From Spirochaetia bacterium (lineage in GTDB: Bacteria > Spirochaetota > Spirochaetia > SP-2023): 64,000 nt of DNA. The notes beneath the pieces were generated by a model. That model saw nothing but the letters and a program-made list of their open reading frames with translations, did not search any database and was not told the DNA's origin. Below are positions 31,239 through 41,636 of the stretch, in pieces; the stretch's first letter is position 1, and every line of letters begins with the position of its first letter. Location of the stretch: NCBI GenBank assembly GCA_965263295.1, contig OZ253665.1, positions 1,728,001-1,792,000 on the forward strand. Direction: 5' to 3'. The translations under genes were made by a program, and so were the position numbers.

Positions 31239-31554
31239 TAGTAAGCTTGCCGGAAAATTGACCAAAAGATGCTGACGGCCTGAAAGAGACAGGTAAATCA
31301 AACTGAACCCATCTTATATAACCGACCGTGTCGCTACAATTTCATCAAAATCGTCAAGCCGCTCAGGGTTTTCCAATATGCCGAGCGGAACAACAATACC
31401 TCATATCGCCATATCTTGTGGTCTCTGGCAGACACTGACCGTCGTGCGACAATGACCGAACCAAAACTGGAATTCTAATTGTCTTTCAAGAAAGTATTAT
31501 TTCTTTGAGCACTGCCAATACCGCTCACAAAACCACCTTTGCCCAGAATTAATT

Positions 31555-33282
31555 CTATTTTTCTTTCAGCAGATCGCCTAAAGTGAATCCAGTGTGATCG
31601 TCGTCATTTTTGACCAAATATTGACTGATGCTCTGCTGCTCTTCACTCCGCTCCAGAGCCTTGATGGATAATCCTAAGCGACGTTTCTTTTCATCAATCT
31701 CAACTATCAAGGCACGGATTCTGTCCCCGTCCTTGTAATTTTTCAACAACTCTTCACGGTCTATTGAACGGTCGTTACTCAAGTCATTCTTATGGATCAA
31801 ACCCTCAATGCCACCAGTCACGGAAACAAAGATACCAAAGTCAGTTTTATTTACCACTGTGCCCTCAATCACTGTTCCTTTTTTGAACTTCTTCAATTCC
31901 TGCCATGGATTACTCTCAAGCTGTTTTACTCCCAAGCGAATTCGGCGTTCTTCGGGATCGACACTCAAGACCTGGACTTCCAGCTCTTCACCCACCTTGG
32001 CCACATCATAAATATTCATTCGCTTCGCCCAAGATAGATCGTCTTGGCGCAAAAAGCCATCAATGCCCTCTTCAAGGACTAAAAACGCACCACTCTTAAT
32101 GACGTTTTTTACTTTCAAGGTCAGACGAGTACCGACTGGGTAGCGCTCAGCAATTGACAACCAAGGGTTAGGCTGTGTCTGACGAAGTCCGAGACGAATG
32201 CGCTGAGCTTCCAGGTTGAACTCCAAGACCTGGACTTTGACCTGGTCGCCTATGCCCAGGACTTCCTTGGGGTGCTTAATTTGTTTAAGCCACGACATCT
32301 CGGAAACATGAATCAAACCCTCAACACCTGGTTCCAGCTCGACAAATGCACCATAAGTTTGCAGGCGGACGACACGCCCTTCCACAACCTTTTCGAGTTG
32401 GTATTTGTCCGCCGCGTTGTCCCAAGGATTTTCCCTCAAAGCCTTCAGTGACAAACCAATCTTCTTTTTCTCAGAGTCCAGGTCACAAATCTGCAGATCC
32501 AATTCTTCACCCAGCTTAACGCAGTTTGCGGGCTTCTTGACCGAATGCCAAGCCATATTCATGACGTGCAACAAACCAGAGAAACCGCCCAGGTCAATAA
32601 AGGCACCGAAATCGACAAAGCTGCGCACCTGGCCTCTGACTACGTCTCCGACCTTGTGATTAGCAAAGAAATCCTTTTGTTTGTTCTGCAACCTTTCTTC
32701 CAGGAGCTTACGGCGGTTGACCACAATATTCTTATTCTGGCTGCGACCCTTTTCTTCAATGCGCTCAATGCGAAACTCAAGCCTACTGCCAATATAACTT
32801 TCCGGTGGTGCCGGATACATATCAATCTGCGAAAGCGGCACAAAAGCGGTTAAACCGGGAGCCAGGTCCACTTGAAAGCCGACGGGAACAGCCTGCTCTT
32901 CATTTTCTTTTTTACGCGTAATCAACTTGCCAACCTTGGCTTGTAAGACGTTGCCAACTTCCAGCTGAGCTTCTAGCTCCGCACGCTGTAACTCAGCGTA
33001 AGAGACGCGCACATTACCTTCGGCATCTTCACCTTTAAAAATCACTTCAATATTGTCATTTTCACCCGGTACCTTATCGCCAAACTCAGAGCGCGGGACG
33101 CGCCCTTCCGCCTTATAATTGATATCAACAAAAACTTCATCATCTGTTACCTTGACAACAACGCCGCTAACCTTACTCCCCCGATCAAGCTTGCGGTCTT
33201 CAGCAGCCAAAGCTTCTTCAAAGCTCGAGTGATCAAATTCTGTGTTAATACTTGCTGTCGAAGATTTTAAGCTGTTTGACAT
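31555..33282 (-). CDS. rpsA: 30S ribosomal protein S1
   Basis: Tandem S1 repeats (FGAFIDLGG, YGAFVELEPGVEGLIHVSEMSW, FGIFVSV). Confidence 0.97.
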   Translation of the reverse strand: MSNSLKSSTASINTEFDHSSFEEALAAEDRKLDRGSKVSGVVVKVTDDEVFVDINYKAEGRVPRSEFGDKVPGENDNIEVIFKGEDAEGNVRVSYAELQRAELEAQLEVGNVLQAKVGKLITRKKENEEQAVPVGFQVDLAPGLTAFVPLSQIDMYPAPPESYIGSRLEFRIERIEEKGRSQNKNIVVNRRKLLEERLQNKQKDFFANHKVGDVVRGQVRSFVDFGAFIDLGGFSGLLHVMNMAWHSVKKPANCVKLGEELDLQICDLDSEKKKIGLSLKALRENPWDNAADKYQLEKVVEGRVVRLQTYGAFVELEPGVEGLIHVSEMSWLKQIKHPKEVLGIGDQVKVQVLEFNLEAQRIRLGLRQTQPNPWLSIAERYPVGTRLTLKVKNVIKSGAFLVLEEGIDGFLRQDDLSWAKRMNIYDVAKVGEELEVQVLSVDPEERRIRLGVKQLESNPWQELKKFKKGTVIEGTVVNKTDFGIFVSVTGGIEGLIHKNDLSNDRSIDREELLKNYKDGDRIRALIVEIDEKKRRLGLSIKALERSEEQQSISQYLVKNDDDHTGFTLGDLLKEK

Positions 33283-34076
33283 TAGATGGTTCCTTTTGTT
33301 ATCCTTGCTTGCCCGTCGCCGGCTGCTCCGTTGAAAAGGGCGGCATTTAATCGGCCATTGACGGCAGTAGGCGCAATATGGTTGTTAAGACTGCCCGCAA
33401 TTATCTGACAAACGGCTTCAAAAGTCAAGTTACTTGTATCAATCAGCTGTGCACTTCTGGCTGGTTTAAGAGCCCCTTCTTTTTTATTGCGATCTATTTC
33501 ATCGCGCTCACAAATCCGTTGCTCTAGCTCTGCGAAACTTAACGAGGCACGCTGCTCATCATTCAACTGCTGCCAACGGCGCTGGGCTCGCACAGAAGTA
33601 CTGGCGTCTAGGAAAAATTTGAATTCAGCCTCAGGGAAGACCACGGTCCCCATATCTCGTCCTTCGGCGATTAAACTATGACTCTCCGTGTGCCTGCGCA
33701 GCATTTGATTTATAAAATGACGAACTGGCGGCAGTTTGGAGAGTATTGGAGTCAAGGCATCAAGTTCTGGTGTTTGCAGCTTTTCAGTAACATCCTGGCC
33801 ATTTAACAGGATTTTCTCACCTTCCTGAAATATGCGCACAGTCTGAACCGCTCGCCATAAATCCTGCCAACGCGCCTTGTTTTCTTGGCTCTCTCGACCT
33901 TCATATATATTGTTCAACTGCGAAATCGGCAGGGCTTCAAGATATCCACGAATACCCAGGCACAAAGCGCGATAAAAAGAGCCGGATTTGAGCAGCAGAA
34001 TTTGTCGGTCACGCGCCAGAAAACTGGCCACAGAACTCTTGCCCACACCGGCAGGGCCATCAATCGTGATAATCAT
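33282..34076 (-). CDS. cmk: Cytidylate kinase
   Basis: ITIDGPAGVGKS, EGRDMGTVVFP, RAQRR; TAATG overlap with rpsA. Confidence 0.96.
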   Translation of the reverse strand: MIITIDGPAGVGKSSVASFLARDRQILLLKSGSFYRALCLGIRGYLEALPISQLNNIYEGRESQENKARWQDLWRAVQTVRIFQEGEKILLNGQDVTEKLQTPELDALTPILSKLPPVRHFINQMLRRHTESHSLIAEGRDMGTVVFPEAEFKFFLDASTSVRAQRRWQQLNDEQRASLSFAELEQRICERDEIDRNKKEGALKPARSAQLIDTSNLTFEAVCQIIAGSLNNHIAPTAVNGRLNAALFNGAAGDGQARITKGTI

Positions 34077-34108
34077 TCCTCAGTTGTATTGAAAGCAATG
34101 ATGAATGT

Positions 34109-35275
34109 CTATTCAGAATTACCCTGCCCAGAAATTTTTAAAATTTTTGAATCACTGCTGCGTGCGCGAGGATGCGCGGTGCGATGCACCTCAAGCAAAC
34201 GTTGTATGCTGACATGCGTGTATATTTGGGTGCTACTGAGCGAACTATGTCCCAACAGCTCTTGTACCGAACGAATGCCTGCGCCACTGTTGAGCAAGGT
34301 GGTGGCAAAACTGTGTCTGAGCAGATGAGGATGCAACGGGCGCTCCAAGCCGGCCATGCGACCCAGCTGCGCCAAAAGCCGATGGACGGAACGCGGTTGC
34401 AACCTTGTGCCATAACTATTGCAGAATAACGCCTGCCACTCAATCTGCCGCCGGGCGCATTCTTTCCCTGACTTTTGGGTCAACTTTGGCTCTAAGGCCG
34501 TCAGAAACTTCTGCCGCTCGGGCAAATAAGCGGCGAGAGCCGCACGGCTACCGTCACCCAGAAATACTAGCCTATGTTTAGACCCCTTGCCCACAATGCG
34601 CAATTCTGCCTGAATATTCCCAGCCAGCAACTGCAAATTGTTTAGCGGCTGCCGCCATATCGGATTCTCTCCGGACGGCAGGCGCAAAAGTTGCTGCAAG
34701 TTCAAGGCGCAGAATTCACCGACGCGCATCCCGCTGGAAAATCCCAATTCCAGCACGGCAAGACAAAGTTTTTGCAGATAAACACTGGGAAAAGCCCGTT
34801 CACAAGCGGCCACCAGAAGTTGCAATTCTTCCAGGCTCAAGTAGTTCGGCAAACGGCGCGACTGGGGCAACAAGGCAATACTGTCCCAAGGATGCATAAG
34901 TTGATTTGATGTCTGCGGATACAAATCTGGGCTAGCATTTTGCAGACGTCGCTCCAAATACTTATAAAAACTCTTAATGGCCGACAAGCGACGGTTAATA
35001 CTGCGGGCAGACAAGTCAGTGCGGCGCAGTGCCGTCAAATAGCTTCGAGCCAACGGCATACTGATTCGCGCTAAAGAGGCCCCCTGTTTTACCAGATAAT
35101 CCTGCCAATTGCGCAAATCACGCTCGTAGGCTTTCAACGTGTGAGGACTATAGCGCCGTACAGCGGCCAAGTAATGCAAAAAAATCGGGATGTATTCCTT
35201 TTCTTCAGCTTGTCCTTCAATGAGGCCTTCAATGAGGCCTTCAATGGGGCCTTCAATTGGACCTGGGAGCTCCAT
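34109..35275 (-). CDS. xerC: Tyrosine recombinase, XerC/XerD type
   Basis: [47 protein letters not shown]. Confidence 0.85.
   Translation of the reverse strand: MELPGPIEGPIEGLIEGLIEGQAEEKEYIPIFLHYLAAVRRYSPHTLKAYERDLRNWQDYLVKQGASLARISMPLARSYLTALRRTDLSARSINRRLSAIKSFYKYLERRLQNASPDLYPQTSNQLMHPWDSIALLPQSRRLPNYLSLEELQLLVAACERAFPSVYLQKLCLAVLELGFSSGMRVGEFCALNLQQLLRLPSGENPIWRQPLNNLQLLAGNIQAELRIVGKGSKHRLVFLGDGSRAALAAYLPERQKFLTALEPKLTQKSGKECARRQIEWQALFCNSYGTRLQPRSVHRLLAQLGRMAGLERPLHPHLLRHSFATTLLNSGAGIRSVQELLGHSSLSSTQIYTHVSIQRLLEVHRTAHPRARSSDSKILKISGQGNSE
35214..35261. repeat. Four 12-bp tandem units CCTTCAATGAGG in the 5' end of xerC
   Basis: Encodes [16 protein letters not shown]. Confidence 0.9.
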
Positions 35276-35620
35276 GCCTATATAGGATACAAAGTGTCAG
35301 AACTACGTACAGTCCAAACTTAAAAGACAAAATCACAAGATTTTGCAGATTAGAAAAGTCGGGCTATCAATGTGTCCGAATCCCATCAAAAAAAGAATGA
35401 TCATTGACTCAAGTTCAATTTAAATATTTCACAAACGCCTTTCTAAGGTTTTATGCCGATATGTCACGGTGTTCATTCATTGAGACAAGCCCGTTCCCAA
35501 GCCCTGTGGTTCACCTTCCATACACAGCACAGGCAGGTTTCTGAACGCCATATGAATTTGCCGATTGGTCAGCCAGGATATATTCTTTAATGTAGCCGAA
35601 ATGACAATTTAACAATACAA

Positions 35621-38071
35621 TTGTCCCTTATGTCCAGAAACTTAAATGAAGATATACTGCGCTTAAACCCTAATGCCCAATTACAAATTGGCTCCTTTGT
35701 TTTATATCGCAGTGAAGCGGCTCTCGTCAAAGACATTAGCAATGAAAAAAAACAAATTAAACTGCAGATACAAACCGAGAGCGGCAAAAAAGTCAGCGTG
35801 CGTCCCAAAGACATTATGCTGCTCAGCAGTGCACAGAAGCAAGCCCTAGCAGAACTGACACAATTACTCAGTCGCAGTGAGTTGGAGGATGGCTGGCAAC
35901 TATTACAGGAAATAGGCCGCAGCTGCAGCCTACAAGACCTCGCCGAAGCTATATTTTCTGGCTCTGGGCCCCGTGAAATGTACAATGCCTTCTGCTTGAT
36001 CAACGAGACTCCATACTTTAAGGGTCGTCCCGAATGTATAATGGTGCGCAGCCGCGAAGAAGTGGCCCAAGAGCTGGGGCGAAAACAGCGTAAACAGGCG
36101 GAGGCCGAGCGCTGGCAGCGGTTTTACCAACACTACCAGGCCAAAATGTACGACGATGAAGATAGCGATTTTATTGAAGAAATTGAAGCCATTGCCTATG
36201 GAGAAAAGCAAAACTGCCGACTTTTCCGCGAGACCAAACTGGAGGCGACACCAGAGACTGCCCACGAGTGGTTGCTGCGACAAGGCCTGTGGCATGAGCG
36301 CTTCAACCCTTATCTGCGCCGCAACCAGGTGCACGAGCAGGCCCCACGCCTGGAACATTTATTTGATGCGGCCCAACTGAATGAATTACAACAACTAATA
36401 CGAGATTATCAGGCGGTTCAAGCTGGCCTGAAATTGGCATGCGAGGCCCCAAGCCCGGCCGGTAGTGCCGCAGTGAGTTCACAGCAGGAGGCGGCTCCAC
36501 CCAGGTGCCTGCAACAGCTAGAGAAGATCGTCGGGCGCTTTGTTGCCAAACAGCCGTTGCTCTATCCTAGCGGGCAACAAGCTGAAGGCAAGTCCCACAT
36601 AGTAGCGCCACAACAGCCACAGCCCGACCTGGCTGACGCCTTACCATTTTTGCCGACAGCCACCCAACGAGCGACAGAAGAAGCAGGGGCCGACAGCAAC
36701 GTCAAAGACGGCACAAACGCCGGCAACAAAGCCGAAATTGCGCACGACATATGGCACACAGAGTCACGTAAGGATCTGACCCACCTGGCGGCCTGGGCCA
36801 TTGACGACCCCTGGAGCAATGATCCGGACGACGCAATTAGTTTAGAACTAGCTCACGACAACAGTTCCGGCACTGCCCCTTACCTGTGGATCCACATTGC
36901 CGATCCAGCCAGCCTCATGCCCTTCGGCAACCCCCTAGCCACAGAGGCGATGCAGCGTGGCGCCACTATTTATATTCCCGAAGGCGCTACCCCCATGCTT
37001 AACCGCGAGCTGGTGCAGATACTGGGGCTCGGATTGCAGCCCGTCAGTATGGCTTTATCTGTCAAGGCACGCGTCCTGGATGCGGGCACCTTGCCCCCAC
37101 ATGAAGAACATGGCACAAGTCCCACCCCGACACTAGAAGTTATAGATATCTGCCGTTCTTGGGTGCGCGTCCGGCGCATTAGTTATGGTCAAGCCGATAA
37201 GATCCTGGCGGCCACTCAAGCACACCCCCTGCAGCAAATCTGGAAGCTTTGTCAGAGTCACGAAATATTGCGGCGACGCAACCATGCCGTGCAGTTTAAC
37301 ATGTACAATACCAAAATAGTAGCTGGCGATCCGATTCAGGTAGAATCCCTACCCAACACAGCAGCGCGCGACCTGGTAGCCGAGGCCATGCTTATGGCGG
37401 GGACAGCCATGGCGCAGTTTGCTCATCAAAAGCAACTGCCAATCGCCTTTCTCTGCCAGGCACCTCCCAAAGGGGAATTGCCACCGCGGGACAACATGGC
37501 CAACATGTTTCAGACCCGCAAACTGATGTCGCCCAGCATGGTGCGCTGTGAGCCTCAGCTCCACTCCAGCATTGGCGTGGCGATGTACACGCGCGGGACT
37601 AGCCCGCTGCGCCGATACTTAGACCTATTGACCCACCAACAGTTGCATGCTTTTTTGCTCTCTGTCGAGGGTCGCGAACTGCGGCCTCTGAATGCAGAGG
37701 AGCTGCTGTACGGCATTGCCCAAGCCGAGATGCAGATCAGCCGGGTCAACAGCGCACAACGCGCTGCCCAACAGCATTGGCAGATGCTCTACTTCAAGCA
37801 GGAAGGCAAGAAACGCCTGTATCGGGCCGTCGTTCTGGAAATTCGCCACGCGCACAATTCGGGGCGCCAGCAATCAGGCTGCAAGGCCCTATGCAGTTTG
37901 CCCCAAGTCGGCATTGAAACTTTAGTCTACACCAAAGAGCCCCTGCACTTGAACCAGGAAATTATGGTCAACCTAAAAAGTGTCAACCTCAGCTCGCGAG
38001 AAGCTCACTTTCAGGTAGCGGTGACAAACCAAAGCAATCCGGCAAAAATTAGCCAGGATACTCATGTATAA
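35621..38071 (+). CDS. RNB-domain exoribonuclease (RNase II/R family; start uncertain)
   Basis: AIDDPWSNDPDDAIS, IHIADP, VAEAML, TSPLRRYLDLLTHQQL. Confidence 0.92.
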   Translation: MSLMSRNLNEDILRLNPNAQLQIGSFVLYRSEAALVKDISNEKKQIKLQIQTESGKKVSVRPKDIMLLSSAQKQALAELTQLLSRSELEDGWQLLQEIGRSCSLQDLAEAIFSGSGPREMYNAFCLINETPYFKGRPECIMVRSREEVAQELGRKQRKQAEAERWQRFYQHYQAKMYDDEDSDFIEEIEAIAYGEKQNCRLFRETKLEATPETAHEWLLRQGLWHERFNPYLRRNQVHEQAPRLEHLFDAAQLNELQQLIRDYQAVQAGLKLACEAPSPAGSAAVSSQQEAAPPRCLQQLEKIVGRFVAKQPLLYPSGQQAEGKSHIVAPQQPQPDLADALPFLPTATQRATEEAGADSNVKDGTNAGNKAEIAHDIWHTESRKDLTHLAAWAIDDPWSNDPDDAISLELAHDNSSGTAPYLWIHIADPASLMPFGNPLATEAMQRGATIYIPEGATPMLNRELVQILGLGLQPVSMALSVKARVLDAGTLPPHEEHGTSPTPTLEVIDICRSWVRVRRISYGQADKILAATQAHPLQQIWKLCQSHEILRRRNHAVQFNMYNTKIVAGDPIQVESLPNTAARDLVAEAMLMAGTAMAQFAHQKQLPIAFLCQAPPKGELPPRDNMANMFQTRKLMSPSMVRCEPQLHSSIGVAMYTRGTSPLRRYLDLLTHQQLHAFLLSVEGRELRPLNAEELLYGIAQAEMQISRVNSAQRAAQQHWQMLYFKQEGKKRLYRAVVLEIRHAHNSGRQQSGCKALCSLPQVGIETLVYTKEPLHLNQEIMVNLKSVNLSSREAHFQVAVTNQSNPAKISQDTHV

Positions 38072-38247
38072 ATCTCATCAATAAATTAGGCACTAGACCT
38101 CTCAATAATCATCGGCGCCAATGAGCAAGATCAGCCCTTAATTGAATTAGGGGGATACGCCAGCTTGCCCTTTTTGCGCCTCAAGCTAAAATATCATGGT
38201 ACCCACATTCCGGCAAAAACAATAATTTCAAAAATTGAAGGCAGATT

Positions 38248-38991
38248 ATGAACGCAACGGAAAATTCCAGCCCCTTGATTATCGGTCATCGGGGAGCCAT
38301 GGGCCATTACCCTGAAAATACTTTGCCGTCTTTTCGCGCGGCCTTTGAGCGCGGCTGTCACGGCATAGAACTTGACGTGCAGCAAAGCAAAGACGGAGAA
38401 ATAGTGGTCTTTCACGACTGGGACCTGGGGCGATGTTCCAGCGGCAGCGGCCTGTTGATAGAACACAGCGCGGCGGAGCTGCGCCTTTTGGACGCCGGGT
38501 CCTGGTTCCATCCCGAATTTGCCGGCACAGCAATCCCCACTCTGCAGGAGGTCCTCGACATTGTCCCTGAGGGCAAACTCATCAATATTGAAGTAAAAGA
38601 ATTGTATTCGGTCGAGCGCGGCACAATAGAAAAAATTGTCGATATCCTACACAAGCAGCCGGCAAATCAAAAGCACAACGTTATTATTTCTTCGTTTAGC
38701 CATAATTTGCTGGCCCGGTTGCACCAAGTTGCCCCAGAGATCAAAATCGGCTTGCTCTTGGGCAACACATTGGAAGCGCTGAGTGACTATGCATTGCGAC
38801 TCAGCTTTCCAATCTACAGCCTGCACCCCTATATATCCCTGTTAAAAGCCGACGAAGTTTTATGGGCCAAGAGACAAGGCCTAAAGATTTATCCTTGGAC
38901 CGTCAACCAAAAGTACCAAGTCGACAATTGCCGCATCTTGCGAGTCGATGGCATTATTACGAACTACCCTGAAATTCTGGACCTAAACTAA
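38248..38991 (+). CDS. Glycerophosphodiester phosphodiesterase
   Basis: GHRGA, PENT, IELDV, VVFHD, NIEVK, WTVN, GIITNYP. Confidence 0.94.
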   Translation: MNATENSSPLIIGHRGAMGHYPENTLPSFRAAFERGCHGIELDVQQSKDGEIVVFHDWDLGRCSSGSGLLIEHSAAELRLLDAGSWFHPEFAGTAIPTLQEVLDIVPEGKLINIEVKELYSVERGTIEKIVDILHKQPANQKHNVIISSFSHNLLARLHQVAPEIKIGLLLGNTLEALSDYALRLSFPIYSLHPYISLLKADEVLWAKRQGLKIYPWTVNQKYQVDNCRILRVDGIITNYPEILDLN

Positions 38992-39002
38992 GACCAGCAA
39001 CC

Positions 39003-40568
39003 ATGCAAATTCGCGTCCGCAAGATTGATGGCAGTCGCATCGAAATTCGTACCATCCACGAGATTGCACCGCACAGTAGCACAGGGAGAAAAAAGAACAA
39101 ACGGCGCGGCTTTGAACTGAACGCTTATTTTTTTGTCCCCAACAAGCTGACCTGCGGTGGCGGCGACGAGCTGGATGGTGCCCAAACCTTGGCTCAGACC
39201 ATAGTTTACCCCAAGATTCATCGCAAGAATTACTACGCGATTTTCGCGATGAATCTAGCAGCTATTCTCGACAGTGACAACGAGCTAAGCCCGCTAACCC
39301 GCTTGCAAAAAATGGCCAAAGAGGTAAACCTGCCTGCCGAGCAAGTGCTATACGAATTTCAGATGCTAGCCTGCGTAACCAAGAACGCCAGCATGAATGC
39401 CCGTCATTCACTGACCCAACAGCTCCGCACCCGCAACGACTTCACTGACATTGGGACACAACAGAATCAGGCTTTATCCCGCGAGGCTGAAACTGAATTT
39501 AAGAACATAAGCCAGGCCTATCTGCAAGTCCAACGGCGTCTAGATCTGCTAGGCGAGCGCTATTTACAAGAAGTACTGCAAAATATTGATGAAGCCTACC
39601 GCTGGACCCTAGAGGATTTGAACCATCAGATTCTCGACTGCATGCTGAGTACCCTGCGTTTAAGCGAACATTACCAGTTTAGTCCTGAGTTTCGTAAATT
39701 TTTGCAGACTGAATTGGGTTTGCAGTGGCGCTACCAGAAACAGCATGGCTTCGCAACCCTCAGCGACGATGAATACAACAATGAAAGTTATTTGTTTCAC
39801 CAACGCGAACTAAAGGCCTGGCGCTACAGTGGCCTGTCGATGACTAGCACCGAGGCCCGCAGTTTGAACGTCATCAATCACCTTTGGCTTTCTGTTGCCA
39901 GCGCCGTAGCCATGAGCGCTGCCTTCAGCGTGACCTTGTTAACCATGTACTACTATGGGCAGTGGTCCATTCCGTTTTTAATTTTTGGCGTGCTAGGTTA
40001 CATGTTCAAAGACCGTATCAAAGAAATTCTACGCAACTTGTTTTCCGACAAATTTTGCAACTACAATCTACTGCACTTGTATGACCCGCGCAGCAAGGAA
40101 CAGTGCGGCAGTATTCGCGAGAGCCTGGGCTTCTGTGAGAAAGTACCTGTAGAAATTCTTACCTTGCGTCATTTGCGCAAGAATCCCCTGAGCAGCCAAC
40201 TCAACCGCGAGGTCGCAATCGTGTACCGCGAACGCTTGAGCCTGAACAGCCAGAAGCTATTCGAGACACATAAACGCCTGCAGCGCGGTTGCCAGGTTTT
40301 GGAATTCAATTTGCTACCCTACTTACAAAACATCAGAGACAGCGAAGCTAAGCAATTGTGGAAACCGGCAGAATCATTGAATTTTGCGGAAGCCACTGCC
40401 AGTAATCAGCAGGCATTTGCCCAAACCTATCAAAAGTTAAAGATCAAACGCAGCTATCATTTGACCTTAGTGATCAAAAGCTCTAGCTTTAATGGCCAAA
40501 AAGTTCATGAACGCTACCGCATCGTGCTTCGCAACAGCAAAATATTCAGGATCAAAAAGATCATATGA
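39003..40568 (+). CDS. Hypothetical membrane protein (large soluble domain plus two TM helices)
   Basis: 521-aa ORF; hydrophobic pair ending GYMFKDRIKE. Confidence 0.75.
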   Translation: MQIRVRKIDGSRIEIRTIHEIAPHSSTGRKKNKRRGFELNAYFFVPNKLTCGGGDELDGAQTLAQTIVYPKIHRKNYYAIFAMNLAAILDSDNELSPLTRLQKMAKEVNLPAEQVLYEFQMLACVTKNASMNARHSLTQQLRTRNDFTDIGTQQNQALSREAETEFKNISQAYLQVQRRLDLLGERYLQEVLQNIDEAYRWTLEDLNHQILDCMLSTLRLSEHYQFSPEFRKFLQTELGLQWRYQKQHGFATLSDDEYNNESYLFHQRELKAWRYSGLSMTSTEARSLNVINHLWLSVASAVAMSAAFSVTLLTMYYYGQWSIPFLIFGVLGYMFKDRIKEILRNLFSDKFCNYNLLHLYDPRSKEQCGSIRESLGFCEKVPVEILTLRHLRKNPLSSQLNREVAIVYRERLSLNSQKLFETHKRLQRGCQVLEFNLLPYLQNIRDSEAKQLWKPAESLNFAEATASNQQAFAQTYQKLKIKRSYHLTLVIKSSSFNGQKVHERYRIVLRNSKIFRIKKII

Positions 40569-40674
40569 TATCTAATATGCCTGATATTTAACACGGCAAT
40601 GCTCAATTTAATCAAACCATGCCGCGACAAGGCCATGGCAAACTGCAATATTTTTGCCGTGATAGAGTTCTTAT

Positions 40675-41628
40675 TTAAAGTATTTGTTTAAATAAATCAA
40701 AAAAATTCTGAAACGCAATCCTATCAATATCCTTTTTTTTAAAGCCTCTAGCGGTTAGTTCGTCGATAAACATGGGCGCTTTAGAAGCATCTTCAAGACC
40801 TCTGGCCCCTTTCGCATGAAACTCCCCTGTAAGAAAATCACAGAAATCAAAACCACATGCCACATGTTCTATACCGATCTGGCCGGCTATATGCTCCACA
40901 TGGTCGACCAGAGTTTGCAAGGAGCGCCTTTGAGGCTCTGCATGAATAAATTTACCCAGGGCGTTGACACCCACGAGGCCTCCGGTGGAACCAATAAATT
41001 TCAGCTGTTCATCAGTCAAATTCCGTTGGTTTACACAAATGCTGCGGCAGTTGGAATGGGATGCGATCACCGGCTTTTCAACAACACGGGCAAGGTCCCA
41101 GAAAGTGCGATCATTGGCATGGGACAAATCGAGTATCATGCCTAACTGCTCCAGTTTGCGCACGGCTCTCCTGCCGATGGCTGTCAGCCCACGGTCTTCT
41201 GCACCATTGCAGCCCGTAGCGAGGAGGTTCTCCTCATTCCAGGTAAGGGAAGCGCAGCGCCCGCCAAACTGATAATAAAACTCCAGAAGTTCCAGGTCAT
41301 CGCCGATGCTGCTCAAACCTTCAAAACCGATCATGACCAACAGCTTTCCCCCCTGAATACCGGCTGCAATATCTTCATATCTTTTCAGCAGCTGGATATG
41401 CTCGCGGTTTGCTTCAAGTTCCAGCTTTACATTCTCAAAGATTTCCAGAGTTCTTTGATAAGGTCTCAAATCGTGGGGCGGATCTGGCCAGACGACAAAA
41501 ATACCGCCTTGAATGCCCCCGTGGGCGAGCCGGGAAAGATGGCGGGTCTGCAAGACGTTTTTCGCGGCGGCATTCAGTCTCCGTCTGGTCACATCGGCCC
41601 ATATGTCTGTATGTCCGTCAAAAATCAT
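40675..41628 (-). CDS. Membrane dipeptidase (peptidase M19 family)
   Basis: FDGHTD, GFEG, LTWNEEN, DLSHA, ASHSN, RNLTD, GFDF; start moved to ATG 41628. Confidence 0.92.
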   Translation of the reverse strand: MIFDGHTDIWADVTRRRLNAAAKNVLQTRHLSRLAHGGIQGGIFVVWPDPPHDLRPYQRTLEIFENVKLELEANREHIQLLKRYEDIAAGIQGGKLLVMIGFEGLSSIGDDLELLEFYYQFGGRCASLTWNEENLLATGCNGAEDRGLTAIGRRAVRKLEQLGMILDLSHANDRTFWDLARVVEKPVIASHSNCRSICVNQRNLTDEQLKFIGSTGGLVGVNALGKFIHAEPQRRSLQTLVDHVEHIAGQIGIEHVACGFDFCDFLTGEFHAKGARGLEDASKAPMFIDELTARGFKKKDIDRIAFQNFFDLFKQIL

Positions 41629-41636
41629 TCCCACCC

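Noticed and set aside
31290..31480. Short open frames between the IS5 remnant and rpsA
   Set aside because: No start or RBS and no recognisable similarity; cannot be supported as a gene or remnant.
34109..35275. Tyrosine recombinase as the integrase of an island
   Set aside because: XerC/D-like sequence among core genes (cmk, rpsA); no att repeats or dif site recognised nearby.
35466..35570. Irregular long hairpin between xerC and the RNase gene as a riboswitch, 6S or SRP RNA
   Set aside because: Pairing is possible, but the conserved motifs of those families are not present in the right order; an Rfam cmscan would be needed.
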